Notes: generated by a model not told the origin, from the sequence alone. Positions 14,625 to 28,437 are shown, counted from the first letter of the stretch. The stretch is 64,000 nucleotides of DNA from Eledone cirrhosa (GCA_964016885.1 OZ024752.1:45942001-46006000), one strand, 5' to 3'. Translations and numbers: made by a program.

Positions 14625-14804
14625 TGTGTGTGTGTGTGTGTAGCAAAGTCACAAGTGAAAAAAACAATCGCAACACATAGAACGAATGAACAATAGCATC
14701 CTTCTTTCTTTGTCAGCCACCACCTGGGAACGCAATTTCGTGCATAAAGGTTGGACTTGCATATTACTAAACCCAGGCTTCGCGCCAAGTTGACCACAAA
14801 TATA

Positions 14805-15164
14805 CAGGGTGACCACAGAAGCACCCCGAGCTCGTTTGCCGAGTGTCTATGATATCAACCAATACCACATGAGACTCTGTTAGTTTATGCAACTGTAGCC
14901 ACCAATATTGTAAGAATATTCATTTAAGTTTTCATGCTTGGCAGCATAGAGTTATGTCCCTTTACAGTCTAAGTTCAAATCCCGCCGAGGTTAACTTTGC
15001 CTTTCATCCTTACAGGGTCGATAAAATAAAGTACCAGTAATGCACTGGGGTCGATTCAATCGACTTTCCCCTCCCTCCCCCCAAAAGAATTACTGGCCCT
15101 GTGCCTATACTAGAAATCCTATTATAAGTATTTGAAATGAAGGACTGTTTTTGTGGTCACCCTG
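14805..15164. mobile_element. Tc1/mariner-type MITE with nested SINE fragment
   Basis: TIR cagggtgaccaca / tgtggtcaccctg, TA on both sides; SINE at ~14968-15125(+) inside. Confidence 0.7.
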
Positions 15165-16028
15165 TATGGTTACTATATCGGAGCCAGAACTTCACTAGTA
15201 CTTTATTTTATTGAATTTTAAAAAGGATCAAAGGCAAAGCTGACCTTGGCTCTATTTCATTAGCGCAAAACATTTTTTTCTGACACTCTAACGATTATTT
15301 CAATCTACCGCCCCTAACAACAACAACAACAACAACAACAACATTAGATAGAGCGGGGAGGTGAGTAATGATTTGATTTCAGTTATTTCAAAAGCTTTAT
15401 CTTTACTCAAAGCTTTTAATAAACAAATTCCGCTAACATACCACATCAATAATTTTGAGAAAAAAAAACAAGAAAATATTAGATAACATCAATTAGAGAA
15501 ATAAAATTGACTAAAACATCACTTATGCCAGCAGCAGTAGTAGCAGCAGCTGCAGTAGCAGCAGCGGTAGTAGCAGCAGCAGCAGCAGCAAAAACAATAG
15601 TAATAACGGTTTCTGAGTTAGGCTCAAGGCCAACAATTTTTTTGAGGGGGGGGGGGGGGAGTCGATTAAATCGATACCAATGTATTACTGGTACTTTATT
15701 TTATCGACTCCGTAAGGATGAAAGGCAAACTTAACCTTTTATCCTTACGGGCTCGATAAAAATAAAGTACCAGTAATGCACTGGGTTGATTTAATCGACA
15801 GAAATATGAAATTTAGAGGACTTCTGCGTGGTCGCATCAGCAAAAAAAAACAATAACAGCCAAAATTTCCTAAAATCACACAATAACGTCTTAGAAATCA
15901 AAGACACCTTGGAAAACATTTTTAAAATGTAGCACCAGTTATATAAACAGGTAGAATGATCCCGCCATGGACGTCTTTGGTTACGGGTTTGCTCAATCGG
16001 GGTTAAACTGAGGCTAACAACAACAACG

Positions 16029-16094
<66 letters not shown>

Positions 16095-16274
16095 GCAACA
16101 ACAGCATACCTAGTTCAAATCCCGATACGATGTCGGGAAAATAAACAGCAATGGTGAACTAGCGATCATTAAACTGACTCCACCCTTCTCTCTAATAAAC
16201 CTGGGCCATATGCCAATACAAGACATTTTTATTTAGCAGACTGCTGTAAATCAAACATTCAAACACATATTATT

Positions 16275-16465
16275 GGTGAATTGGCAGTATCGGTAGAGGG
16301 TCGGACGCCATGCTTTGACGCATAGATATACGGCCCTTGCCATTCTGAGTTCAAATCCCCGCCGAGGTTAACTTTGCCTTTCATCCTTACGGGGTCGATA
16401 AAATAAAGTACCAGTAATACACTGGGAAATTGCTGGCCTTGTGCCAAAAGTAGAAACAATTATTA
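16275..16465 (+). mobile_element. Near full-length octopod tRNA-derived SINE
   Basis: A-box-like tggcagtatcgg, B-box gagttcaaatcc, body and att tail. Confidence 0.9.
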
Positions 16466-16642
16466 GTATAAGACAGATCCTAAGAGATTAGAACCATGAA
16501 AATAGCATTAGTGTTAATCACAAGATCTTATCTGCAGGAATTCGTTGTAGACAAACAATCCTCAAATGTTGCTGTAAAATACCTTCTTGAAACTGTTGAT
16601 TGTGGCAGACTTTCTTAAGACGTTAACTATGTAGTGTACATG

Positions 16643-17048
16643 ACAGCCCGTGGGCGGAAGTATGGCTGCCCGTGGGCGGAAGTATGGCAGCCCGTGGCGG
16701 AAGTATGGCTGCCCGTGGGTAGAGGTATGGCAGCCCGTGTGCGGAGGTATGGCAGCCCGTGGTGGAAGTATGGCAGCCCGTGGGCGAAGGTATGGCAGCC
16801 CGTGGACGCGGAAATATGGCAGCCCGTGGGCGGAAGTATGGCTGCCCGTGGGTAGAGGTATGGCAGCCCCGTGGGCGGAGGTATGGCAGCCCGTGGGCGG
16901 AAGTATGGCAGCCCGTGGGCGGAGGTATGGCAGCTTGTGGGCGCGGAAATATGGCAGCCCGTGGGCGGAAGTATGGCAGCCCGTGGGTAGAGGTATGGCA
17001 GTCCGTATGTGGATGTATGGTAGCCCGTGGTAGCCCAGGTATGGCTGG
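16643..17048. repeat. GC-rich ~22-bp minisatellite
   Basis: Unit tatggcagcccgtgggcggaag, ~17-18 variant copies. Confidence 0.9.
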
Positions 17049-17093
17049 GTGGTTAACAGCTCCGATATTAAGGACATATGGTTAGAATACACA

Positions 17094-17410
17094 GGCGGTG
17101 ACTTGGCAAAGTCGTGAGAACGTCTGACAGAATATTTTATAGGCATTCGTTTCGGCTCTCTACTCGCTGAGTTCAAATCCTGCTGAGGTCATCTTTGTCT
17201 TTCATCCTTTGAGGTCGATAAAAAAGTACCAGTCAAGTACTGGGGGTCGATTCTCTTCTCTCAGGAAGAGATCTGCTGTACTCAGGCCTGGAGAAGGATG
17301 GGCTCCACCAGGTCAGGGCCCGGAGAAGGATGGGCTCCACCAGGTCAGGTTCTGGGGAGGGATGTCAATACGGCGTCCCTACGACTCTATCGGGAGTTAC
17401 GGGGTAGAGA
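17094..17410 (+). mobile_element. SINE head with alternative 3' module (also 45672-46000)
   Basis: Same tRNA-like head followed by ggaaga..ctgctgtac.cagg.ctggag...tgtcaata.ggcg..cctacgactctatc.ggagttacg in both copies. Confidence 0.7.
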
Positions 17411-17417
17411 GGAGGTT

Positions 17418-17560
17418 AGAATACAGGTGACCGAAATGAGGTTCCTCCGAAGAGTCTTTGGAGTAACCGTTACTCGACAGAGTTACGTTACTCTGAGGAT
17501 CAGGGAGTCACTCCACATAGAACCGCTACTTCTCCCAATTGAGAGATCACAGCTCCGATA
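17418..17560 (+). mobile_element. RTE LINE fragment
   Basis: RIQVTEMRFLRRVFGVT...IRESLHIEPLLLPIERSQLR, RTE/Expander-type C-terminal motif. Confidence 0.75.
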
Positions 17561-18055
17561 TGACGGAAGCCGAAAATCGATTCAGAATGTTCATCATTTA
17601 TTTATTAATTTATTTTCAGGTTTCGGAAGAACTACGTAACTTTGACATGCTGACATGCTTACATGTAAGAGCTTTGTTTCAGTGGGGTACCAGGGAACAA
17701 GTGCCTCCTCCCACTTTTTCAGGCACGGGGAAGGGGGGGGGGGACAAACCATCTTTTGTTTTTTGTTTATTTGATATAATAAATTCTTTTTAAGCTTATT
17801 TTTTTTTTATATCTGAACTTCATTTGAATATATAAAATTTAATTAGCGTAAAATTTTACTTATGTGATAGGGTCTGGGAAAGGGACCGTAAGCAATACTA
17901 ATATGCTCCTTTAAGAACCAACAAATGTTGGTTTGTACCCCTCACATTTTTAAGGCAAACCAGGTCCCCTGCTTACATTCACGTAGAATGGTTACCTTTC
18001 CTCAGTACAGAGACATAAGGTTATCATATACTTCGGTTGCTTAACACACAATACA

Positions 18056-18818
18056 TATAATTGTTTCTACTTTTGGTACAAGGCCAGCAATTACCCCAGT
18101 GCATTACATCATCATAATCAGGTCGAGCTTGCTCGGCTTTCTACGACACGTTTCCTCCATCCATCTCTGTCTCTCATAGCGTTTGCCAGTTCCTCCGCAG
18201 TGCATCCAGTATCGTCCTCAAGTTGCTTGACGTGTGTCTTCTTGGGACGACCAGCGTTTCTTGCTCCATGAGATGGACTCCATAACAACACATCACCTGC
18301 TATTTCTTTCTTGCTGCGCCAACAGTGGCCAGCAAATCTGAGTCTCTGTCCAGGTATTGACCTGCTGATAGGTGGTATATTGCCATAGAGATCCTTATTT
18401 GTTGGGTGTTCCCTCCAAGACACGTTTAAAGCAGCACGGAGCATACGTGTGTATGCCCCGTCTAGCTTCTTCTCCAGTTTCGACGTTAGCGTCCAAATGA
18501 TAGAGCCATAAACAGTGCATTACTGGTACTTTATTTTATATTATAAAGTACCAGTGCATTACTGGTACTTTATGTTATATTATAAAGTACCAGTGCATTA
18601 CTGGTACTTTATTTTATTATAAAGTACCAGTGCATTACTGGTACTTTATTTTATATTATAAAGTACCAGTGCATTACTGGTACTTTATTTTATCGACCCC
18701 GTAAGGATGAACGGCAAAGTTAACCTAGGCGGGATTTGAACTCAGAATGGCAAGGGCCGTAACTCTATACGTCAAAGCCTGGCGTCCGACCCTGTACCGA
18801 TACTGCCAATCCACCGCC
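18056..18818 (-). mobile_element. Octopod SINE interrupted by RTE insertion and internal tandem amplification
   Basis: SINE tail at 18056-18107, body and head at 18513-18818. Confidence 0.85.
18108..18512 (-). mobile_element. 5'-truncated RTE LINE insertion with TSD
   Basis: Open frame YGSIIWTLT..LDGAYTRMLRAALNVSW...QRLRFAGHCWR...GRPKKT...DRDGWRKRV*, (TGA)n tail, 11-bp TSD cagtgcattac at 18097-18107 and 18513-18523. Confidence 0.92.
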
Positions 18819-19092
18819 AATATATAGAAATGGCTATATATGATGGCGTAGAGTAAAAACAGTGACACATTTAGTTATGGCACCCTGGTGCTCTAACATC
18901 GTCAAACATATGTTCTTTACTCAGTAACTCTACATTCTTGTATACTTCGTTGGTTGACATTCGTAATAACTTCATCTGTTGATGTTACTCTAATGCTACT
19001 AAACATTCAGACGAGTACATAACATGTCTACTACATAGCTTTATATATTTATATACACATACATACGTACGTACATACATACATATATATAC

Positions 19093-19123
<31 letters not shown>

Positions 19124-19177
19124 TACACATACATACTAATAGACACATGCATAAATAGGCAGCTGTGTATATTATAA

Positions 19178-19244
<67 letters not shown>

Positions 19245-19282
19245 TATACACACACACGCATAGACATATTTATATAAACACT

Positions 19283-19414
<132 letters not shown>

Positions 19415-19700
19415 TATAAACACACACTCACAAAGCATTACATGAACAAAGGAATCGTTTAAGTCAAATACGTTACGCTGTGACCGCCACTTGTGAGAAT
19501 AAAACGATAAGATCTCTTATACCCATCAAAGATTGTTTACAATTAGTTATAAATGTATGATACACCTTAGTATGATGTCAAATAGTATCTTGATACTAAC
19601 ATCCACTATACCAGCTAGACAAAAACATGGATACTTTGCTAAAAGATATTTTGGGGTTTGAAAAACTACAAATGTTTGAGGAGGCAGGTCCTGTGACCCT

Positions 19701-20554
19701 GTGTCGGATTTAGGACAAATGAGGTCCCGTGTTAATTAAGTTATGAAGCCTTCTGTTAGTTAAGTTATGAGACCCTGTACTAGTTAAGTTATGAGGACAT
19801 GTGTTAGTTAAGTTATGAGGCCATGTACTAGTTAAGTTATGAAGTCCTGTATTGGTTATGAGGCTCTGTACTAGTTAAGTTATGAGACTCTGTGGTAGTT
19901 AAGTTATGAGGCCCTGTGCTAGTTTAAAGTTATGAGGACATGTGTTAGCTAAGTTATGAGACCCTGTGCTAGTTAAGTTATGAGACCATGTACTAGTTAA
20001 GTTATGAGGCCCTGTGCTAGTTAAGTTATGAGACCATGTACTAGTTAAGTTATGAGACCCTGTGGTAGTTAAGTTATGAGACCATGTACTAGTTAAGTTA
20101 TGAGACCCTGTGGTAGTTAAGTTATGAGACCATGTACTAGTTAAGTTATGAGACCCTGTGGTAGTTAAGTTATGAGACCATGTACTAGTTAAGTTATGAG
20201 ACCATGTGCTAGTTAAGTTATGAGACCATGTGCTAGTTAAGTTATGAGACCATGTACTAGTTAAGTTATGAGGCCCTGTGCTAGTTAAGTTATGAGACCC
20301 TGTACTAGTTAAGTTATGAGACCCTGTGGTAGTTAAGTTATGAGACCATGTGCTAGTTAAGTTATGAGACCCTGTGGTAGTTAAGTTATGAGACCATGTA
20401 CTAGTTAAGTTATGAGGCCCTGTGCTAGTTAAGTTATGAGGACATGTGTTAGTTAAGTTATGAAGTTCTGTACTAGTTGAGTTGTTAAGCCCTGTGTTAG
20501 TTAAGTTATGAGGCCCCTTATTTGTAAAAAATTCATTTGAGCACGAAGATTGAG

Positions 20555-20586
<32 letters not shown>

Positions 20587-20642
20587 GACAACGAGGCCCC
20601 GTGCTTAAGCCACATCTAAGCACAATGGTAAATCTGGTGGCG
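19701..20642. mobile_element. hAT-type MITE carrying an internal 24-bp minisatellite
   Basis: Ends match the MITE at 44742-44900 (g.cggatttagga.aaatgagg; ctaagcacaatggta..aatct). Array agttaagttatgagaccctgtgct, ~32 copies, 19733-20517. Confidence 0.75.
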
Positions 20643-21196
20643 ATGGCTGTGACCCATTGTTTTGATATTCTTTGATTTTTTTATATTTTCTTTCGCGAAT
20701 CGACAACTGTAGAATAAAAAACAAAACATGGGCAGAGAATGGCTTTTCAAATGAGGGGGGGGGGGGAAGGACTGGACGTACGGTGGACACTAACTGTTAA
20801 AAGGAATGTTTAACAGATAAATCTGGGTATGTTACCTGCGCGAGAGACTGCGGTTCTATTCTTGAGGTGAGATGAGGTGAGAGAGATTGATGGACTTCTT
20901 TAATCTCATTCGTTTAATGCCGTCAACCCAGTACAAAACAACTTTCTCTTCAAAACCTCCTGTGAGGATTAGAAGCCATTGACATTTCTATTACATTACA
21001 AGGTATATCCGTGCATTTGTATCACTATACTTTATAATAAAGTCACTAACGAGGCCGACACTATATTCCAGTGTAGAATTTTGTTGGGGTTTTTATTTTC
21101 ATTTTTCTAACAGCTGTATGCATATACAGGAGTTCCTGTGTATACACAGCTCAATAGCATTCTAATCAAAGCGTGTATACATTTTGGTGGGACACC

Positions 21197-21268
<72 letters not shown>

Positions 21269-21419
21269 CATGTCTTTATCGTCGATCCTCTGGGAGTATA
21301 ATTTAAGAGATGTAAAGGCGTTAAACGATTAAATGATATATCAATGAACGTTAAACCTCACATCATGGCACTAATATTAGCTCCACATGTGTCGTTAATA
21401 TTATATTTCTCAAAGTCAC

Positions 21420-22285
21420 ATACACCACCACACCACACCACCACACCACCATATCAACACACCACACCACCACCATATCAACACACCACACCACCACACC
21501 AGCACACCACCACACCACCACCACACCACCAACACACCACCACACCACCACACCACCACACCACCACACCACCATATCAACACACCACACCACCACCATA
21601 TCAACACACCACACCAGCACACCAGCACACCACCACACCACCACACCACCACACCACATCACCAACACACCACCACACCACCACACCAACACACCACCAT
21701 ATCAACACACCACACCAGCACACCACCACACCAGCACACCACCACACCACCACACCAGCATATCAACACACCACACCACCACACCTGCACACCAACACAC
21801 CACACTACCACACCAACACACCAGCACACCACACCACCAACACACCACCACACCAGCACACCACACCACCATATCAACACACCGGCTTACCGACTCACTG
21901 ATATACCAATACACCAACACACCACCACACCACCACACCACACCAACACACCACCACACCACCACACCACCACACCACCACACCACCATATCAACACACC
22001 GGCTCACCGACTCACTGATATACCAATACACCAACACACCAACACACCAACAAACCACCACTCCGACTCACCACCACACCACCACACCACCACACCACCA
22101 CACCACCATATCAACACACCGACTCACTGATATACCACCACACCACCACACCACCACACCACCACAACACCACACCGACTCATCAACGTACCGACATACC
22201 ACCACACCAACACACCACCGACATACCACCACACCACCACCAACACACCACCACCACCACCACACCACCACCACTTCAACACACC
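21420..22285. repeat. ACACC/ACC low-complexity repeat
   Basis: Visible. Confidence 0.9.
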
Positions 22286-22399
22286 GACTTATATAATACT
22301 TAGAATCACATCAGGTTCAACTAAGAACTAAATAATAACGGTATGTAATGTCTTAAATTACTTAGCAGACATGTTGGAGGATCGAGTTTGTATTAATAA

Positions 22400-22580
22400 A
22401 TAATTGTTTCTACTTTTGGCACAAGGCCAGCAATTATCCCAGTACATTACTGGTACTTTCTTTTATCGACCCGGTAAGGATGAAAGGTAAAGTTAACCTC
22501 GGCGGGATTTGAACTCAGACTGTAAAGAGCTATAACTCTATGCTGTAAAGCATGACGTCCGATCCTGCCAATCCACCGCC
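22400..22580 (-). mobile_element. Octopod tRNA-derived SINE
   Basis: Full body on minus strand, ending ...tgccaatccaccgcc. Confidence 0.88.
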
Positions 22581-22670
22581 ATAATTTAGATTAATTAATA
22601 AATGCGGAAACTGTTTCATTTTTGTTTAACAAAAAAAAACCTGTTTGAACAATTGATGCTGTTAATAGCA

Positions 22671-23773
22671 TGTGACCAAGTGACAGAATAGACTTTAATC
22701 TGTGACCAAGTGACAGAATAGACTTTAATATGTGACCAAGTGACAGAATAGACTTTAATCTGTGACCAAGTGACAGAATAGACTTTAATCTGTGACCAAG
22801 TGACAGAATAGACTTTAATATGTGACCAAGTGACAGAATAGACTTTAATCTGTGACCAAGTGACAGAATAGACTTTAATATGTGACCAAGTGACAGAATA
22901 GACTTTAATATGTGACCAAGTGACAGAATAGACTTTAATATGTGACCAAGTGACAGAATAGACTTTAATCTGTGACCAAGTGACAGAATAGACTTTAATC
23001 TGTGACCAAGTGACAGAATAGACTTTAATCTGTGACCAAGTGACAGAATAGACTTTAATCTGTGACCAACTGACAGAATAGACTTTAATATGTGACCAAG
23101 TGACAGAATAGACTTTAATCTGTGACCAAGTGACAGAATAGACTTTAATCTGTGACCAAGTGACAGAATAGACTTTAATATGTGACCAAGTGACAGAATA
23201 GACTTTAATCTGTGACCAAGTGACAGAATAGACTTTAATATGTGACCAAGTGACAGAATAGACTTTAATATGTGACCAAGTGACAGAATAGACTTTAATA
23301 TGTGACCAAGTGACAGAATAGACTTTAATCTGTGACCAAGTGACAGAATAGACTTTAATCTGTGACCAAGTGACAGAATAGACTTTAATCTGTGACCAAG
23401 TGACAGAATAGACTTTAATCTGTGACCAAGTGACAGAATAGACTTTAATATGTGACCAAGTGACAGAATAGACTTTAATATGTGACCAAGTGACAGAATA
23501 GACTTTAATATGTGACCAAGTGACAGAATAGACTTTAATATGTGACCAAGTGACAGAATAGACTTTAATATGTGACCAAGTGACAGAATAGACTTTAATC
23601 TGTGACCAAGTGACAGAATAGACTTTAATATGTGACCAAGTGACAGAATAGACTTTAATATGTGACCAAGTGACAGAATAGACTTTAATCTGTGACCAAG
23701 TGACAGAATAGACTTTAATATGTGACCAAGTGACAGAATAGACTTTAATATGTGACCAAGTGACAGAATAGAC
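22671..23773. repeat. Homogeneous 30-bp minisatellite, ~37 copies
   Basis: tgtgaccaagtgacagaatagactttaat[a/c]; essentially one variable position. Confidence 0.97.
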
Positions 23774-24129
23774 GTTGATGTCGTGTAAACTATTTTCAGA
23801 CATTACATTAGTTAAATAGCCAGGCTAAAACAATCGCTAATAATTTCCCTAATTATTCTATTTAGACTTAGACAAATAAGTGTTACATTTAACGACATTC
23901 CGTTCCTATCCCAAGTTCTTTGTTTTTGAAACTATTTCCTGTTAAAAGTTCTATGAAACAATCGTTGCCAAGTCAACTGTAACCACCCACGTGACATACA
24001 ATAGAAAGTATTTTAGAGAAGAATAAAACTTTTTACAGAAAAGAAATAATTTTGTTGCATGCTGTATGTTGTATGTGTGGGCGTGTGTGTATGTAGACAT
24101 ATGCTCGTCCACACACACACACATACATG

Positions 24130-24238
24130 TGGAAAAGAGTCAGGACCCCGACGGCTGAGCTCCGGCCGTTTCGACAGCTAGATCCAAACCCTGGTGCGTT
24201 ATGGCCCATCTGGTTTCTTATCACACTTTCTTTGTTAT
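24130..24238. mobile_element. Family A element, inverted/deleted form
   Basis: Inverted arm ggaaaagagtcaggaccccgacggctgagctccggccgtttcgac joined to the forward tail ctggtgcgttatgg...gttata. Confidence 0.7.
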
Positions 24239-25176
24239 ATATATATATATATAAATGAAAGTTTCGTAAAATCGAAGCTTCGGTTGTAGCCAAGCCAACG
24301 AGATATAGTCAGGAATTTATACAGCCAAGCACTCCACGAGAAAGCTCAGAGTAATAACATTCGTTAGACGGCATGACTGACTGAAAACTGTGGCAGGCAA
24401 CCCTATCCACGACACCGAAGCAATGAGAAACCCAACAGGCTAAAAACATTTTTAGAAGCAGCCTGTTTCGATGATCGAAATGGGATCTCACTGAGAATAG
24501 CACTATAGCATTATGAGTCCACGTGTCTGTGGAAATGTTCAGCCATTTGCAAGTAAATTTCATAAGCGTTTCATTGATCTGACAACTGGAACGCTCATCG
24601 TTCTGAGCGATGGACGTCCATCTAGTCTTTGTAATAAACAAACTTCTTTATTTGTCCTTCAATGTGTTTATGAATTCCGTTGATCACCCTTAAGTCTTTA
24701 TCAAACCGGAAAGTACGAAGATAACCAACCACATTAATATACTATTTTCACACTCATATCTTGCATATCATCTTTATATATCTTGGTATATCTTTATATT
24801 ATATTTATATATCTTTACATTATATCTATATATCTTTATGTTATATTATATATCTTTATATATCTTGATATATCTTTATATACTTTTACATATCTTTATA
24901 TTATATTTGTATATCTTGATATATCTTGATATATCTTTATATATTTTTTATATATCTTTATATTATATTTATATATCTTTATATTACATCTATATATCTT
25001 TACATATATTTATATATCTTTATATTATATTTATATTATATTTATATATATTTATATTTATATTATATTTATCTGTCTAACCTTCTCTTCCATCTCATTT
25101 TAACAACTTCCAATAATCACTTCATCATCTTTGAGATAATATATATCAGACGTGAAGCTACACACACACACACACA

Positions 25177-25311
<135 letters not shown>

Positions 25312-25784
25312 CATAGAGATTCAGTGTGTCAAGAATGACCATTTATATTTTAAGTACAACTCATCCGATGGGATTCCAAATAGTTGACATCTTCCTAATT
25401 TCATTTACAAGACATAGGTTAACCCTTAACCCAACACTTTCATAAACGACACTTGCCAAAAAATACCACACAGTTGGCTTTTAACCCCGGGAACTTAATG
25501 ATTGCTAAGTGATCTTCTTAAGCATTCGACTATGTTACGTTCACATCGACAGGAATCTTGTTGACTTTTGAATCATGACTGTTAAGTCTATATTACCAGC
25601 AAATCGATGATAAAACCAATAGTATATATCCTTCAATCGAAAATTTCATTAAAACTTATTGTCAATCCTTGAAACTGAAATCGACAGTAAATCTAGTGTG
25701 TATCTAATAACTTAATAAAATCAATTCGCAAACTAGCGATTTTTCTAATTATATTATCATTACTATTATTACTATCATTATAAC

Positions 25785-26430
25785 TTGTGGGTTTATGTCG
25801 AACACCTGCTGTCACGTGCAGAACTGATCCGGCTATCAGCTGAATCCATCGTGAGTATTGCCCCGCTGCTTTCCTTTAGTCGGGAAGGGCAGGCAGTTTT
25901 TATCTGCCTGGTGGCCTTGGTAAAAGAGATCGTATGGTGAACACGTCTGAAAGGGTTGAAGACGGGTACTTTCTTCTTCGGTGACGCCCTCATTAACTTT
26001 TTCAGGTTTCACCTGAAAATGAAAATCAGGGTGGAGAGGGAAATGCTGACCTCCAGTCAGTTTGTTGAAAGGTGGGTGAGAGAGGCAAAAATGGCCCGTG
26101 TGAATGAGCCTACTCTGAGCGTGTGCATGTAGCATCGTAGGAGGAAAACTGGAAGAGGCCACTTGCTCTAGTGGTCAGGGTAATCGTAGATTTTCTTGTG
26201 GGCTTTCTCCACGAGCGACCCTCAGAGCCCCCCCCCCCCCCTATTGGAGAAGTTTTCATTGTTTTCTTTTTTTTGTCACATACTCTGTTTTTGTTTTTTA
26301 CATGCAAAAATACCCATTTGTACCGTCCTGTATTGTCCTGTATTGTCCTGTGTTGTCCTAAATGTCATACTTTGTGTCAACCCTTGAGGTTAATAAAGAA
26401 AGCATATTATTATTATTATTATTATAATTG
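25785..26430 (+). mobile_element. Tx1/L1-like LINE 3' end (ORF2 C-terminus plus 3'UTR)
   Basis: LWVYVEHLL...VALVKEIVW*TRLKG...KIRVERE....FVERWVR (25785-26132, one stop). 3'UTR with aataaa and (TAT)n; the same UTR recurs at 27685-27925. Confidence 0.65.
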
Positions 26431-26569
26431 CATTTATCTTGCTTTATGTTCATACGAGTTATCATCAAGTCACAACCAGTGACCTCAAGAGACAACAAGT
26501 CCGCCATGTTCAAGAAAGAACATACATACACACACATGCATCTTTAGGTGTTTAGACTTGTGATGTACT

Positions 26570-27665
26570 TATATTGACAGAATCTTCCTTAGTATATGGG
26601 CAGTTCCCATTAGTACTATCTTTTGTATTTCTCCTGGGATTTGTGATAAGTAATCATTAGACCCCTTAGGTATCATGCCTAGAGCGCCTACAACCACTGG
26701 TATTGTTTTAGTTTTCAATTTCCACATTTTTCAAATTTCTATCTCCAGGTCCTTATACTTGCTCAATTTTTCAAATGTTTTATAGATACATTCTTGTCTA
26801 TTGGAACGGACATATCAATTAGCAGGCATACCCTCTTTTTAAAATCCTTCAGTATTATATCAGGTCTATTTGCATCTATTTTTCGGTCTGTTTGGATGCT
26901 AAAGTTCCACAAGATTGAGATGTGATCTTTTTCAGGTATGGTAGGTGGTTGATGGTCCCACCAATTCTTTTGATGGGACAGGTCAATATGCTTACACATT
27001 ATCCAATGTATGTATTGTGCAGCTCTGTCATGCCTGTTTAGGTATTCGGTTGGAGCTATAGGACTGCACATTGAAATTATATGATCAATGGTCTCTGGTT
27101 GTTTTCTACATACACGGCATAATGGGTTGCATCCATTTTTTATTATGTTGGCTTGGTAATTTTTTGTTGGCAGACTCTAATCTTGTGCTGATATAATCAG
27201 TCCTTCAGTCTCTGATTTCAGTTCAGAGGATGCCAACCACTGATGGGTTAAAGTTTTGTCAACATCAGTATTGTTAGCTCTTTCTGGCTATTTTCCATAC
27301 AGAGGCTTTTCTTGCCATTTCTTAGCCAGTTTCTGTAGCAGTTCTTTCTTTGCAGTTACTTTTACCTGCTTTGCTTTTTCTGTGTTTTCCATTTCAGCAG
27401 TAAATGGAACTTCTGAAATTTGTAGTCCATTACTGTATCTTTGTGCATCTTTTGTAATGGAGTATGACCTTTTGATGCTTTCGTGTTTCAAAACGAGTTT
27501 GATCATCCAATCATGTGATTCCCTTAGATATGTAGATAATCCAATTGTTGCAGTTTTCAACGCTATATCTAACTGGATTAACCCACGTCCTCCTTCTTTC
27601 CTAGGGAGATATATTCTATCTGTATCTGCCTTAGGGTGATGCATTCTGTGCATGGTTAAGAATTT
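26570..27665 (-). mobile_element. R4/Dong-type non-LTR retrotransposon fragment (post-RT, CCHC knuckle, RLE)
   Basis: HPKADTDRIYLPRKEGGRGL; CRVC...ETIDHIISMC...RHD; RPDII...LIDMSVP; KYKDL...W...IPVVVGALG; contains stops/frameshifts. Confidence 0.9.
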
Positions 27666-28007
27666 TCGAATTTATTATTATATAACCCTCGGAGGTTTCC
27701 CCCCTATTGGGGAATTTTTTATTGTTTCAATTTTCATTTTTATTGTTTATATATATATATATGTTTCTATGTCTTTTTTTCTTTTTTTATATAAATAATA
27801 AAAATATTTACACGCACAAAACCCACATCGTACCGTCCTGTACCGTCCTGTGCCGTCTGTAATGTTTTTCTTGATGACAGCCCTTGTGGCCAATAAATAA
27901 ATCATTATTATTATTATTATTATTGTTATTACTCTTTGAGTCTCAGTCATTGATGTTAGTTAACTGGAAAGTTTGTTGAGATGAATATCAAGCCACTACC
28001 TGCAGCC

Positions 28008-28437
28008 TCAGATATTCAGGACGTATCGGAGGGTTCTTGCTGTTCCCAGCAAGCATGCCTTTTGAAGCGTTCCAAAAAGCGTGAAGGGGCCAATTTTCTT
28101 TAACCCTCCCTGGAAACTTTTTGAGATAGTCCCTAGTGCACCTATGACAATCGGGACCACTTTGACTTCATGGCAGTTCCAAATCCTTTTTACCTCCCAC
28201 TTTAAATCCTGGTATCGCTTAATTTTCTCCTCTCCTTCTCTTGCACTCTCGTGTCGAATGGGCAGGCCACATCCACAATCAGGCACGATCTTTTTCCCTT
28301 GTCCAAAACCACCAGGTCAGGCCTGTTGTGTTCCAGTTTCTTGTCCGTCTGTATCCTAAAATCCCACAGCACCTTCACCTGATCGTTTTCTATCACCGCC
28401 TCTGGCTTATGCTCATACAACTTCTCAGAATGTGGTA
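28008..28437 (-). mobile_element. Second R4/Dong-type RLE 3' fragment
   Basis: YEHKPEAVIEND..LWDFRIQTD...NRPDLVV...IVDVACP; EKIKRYQDLKWEVKRIW...VVPIVIGALG. Confidence 0.9.

Noticed and set aside
16562-17176. GC-rich ORFs on both strands
   Set aside because: Derived from a 22-bp minisatellite plus SINE
19899-20615. 238-aa SHNLTSTW-repeat ORF
   Set aside because: 24-bp minisatellite inside a MITE
22616-23803. 395-aa repetitive ORF or CRISPR-like array
   Set aside because: Pure 30-bp tandem repeat without spacers; ORF is a by-product of unit length
24309-24641. 110-aa non-repetitive ORF (also unique island 40575-40710)
   Set aside because: No recognisable protein motif in the frames examined and no clear splice sites
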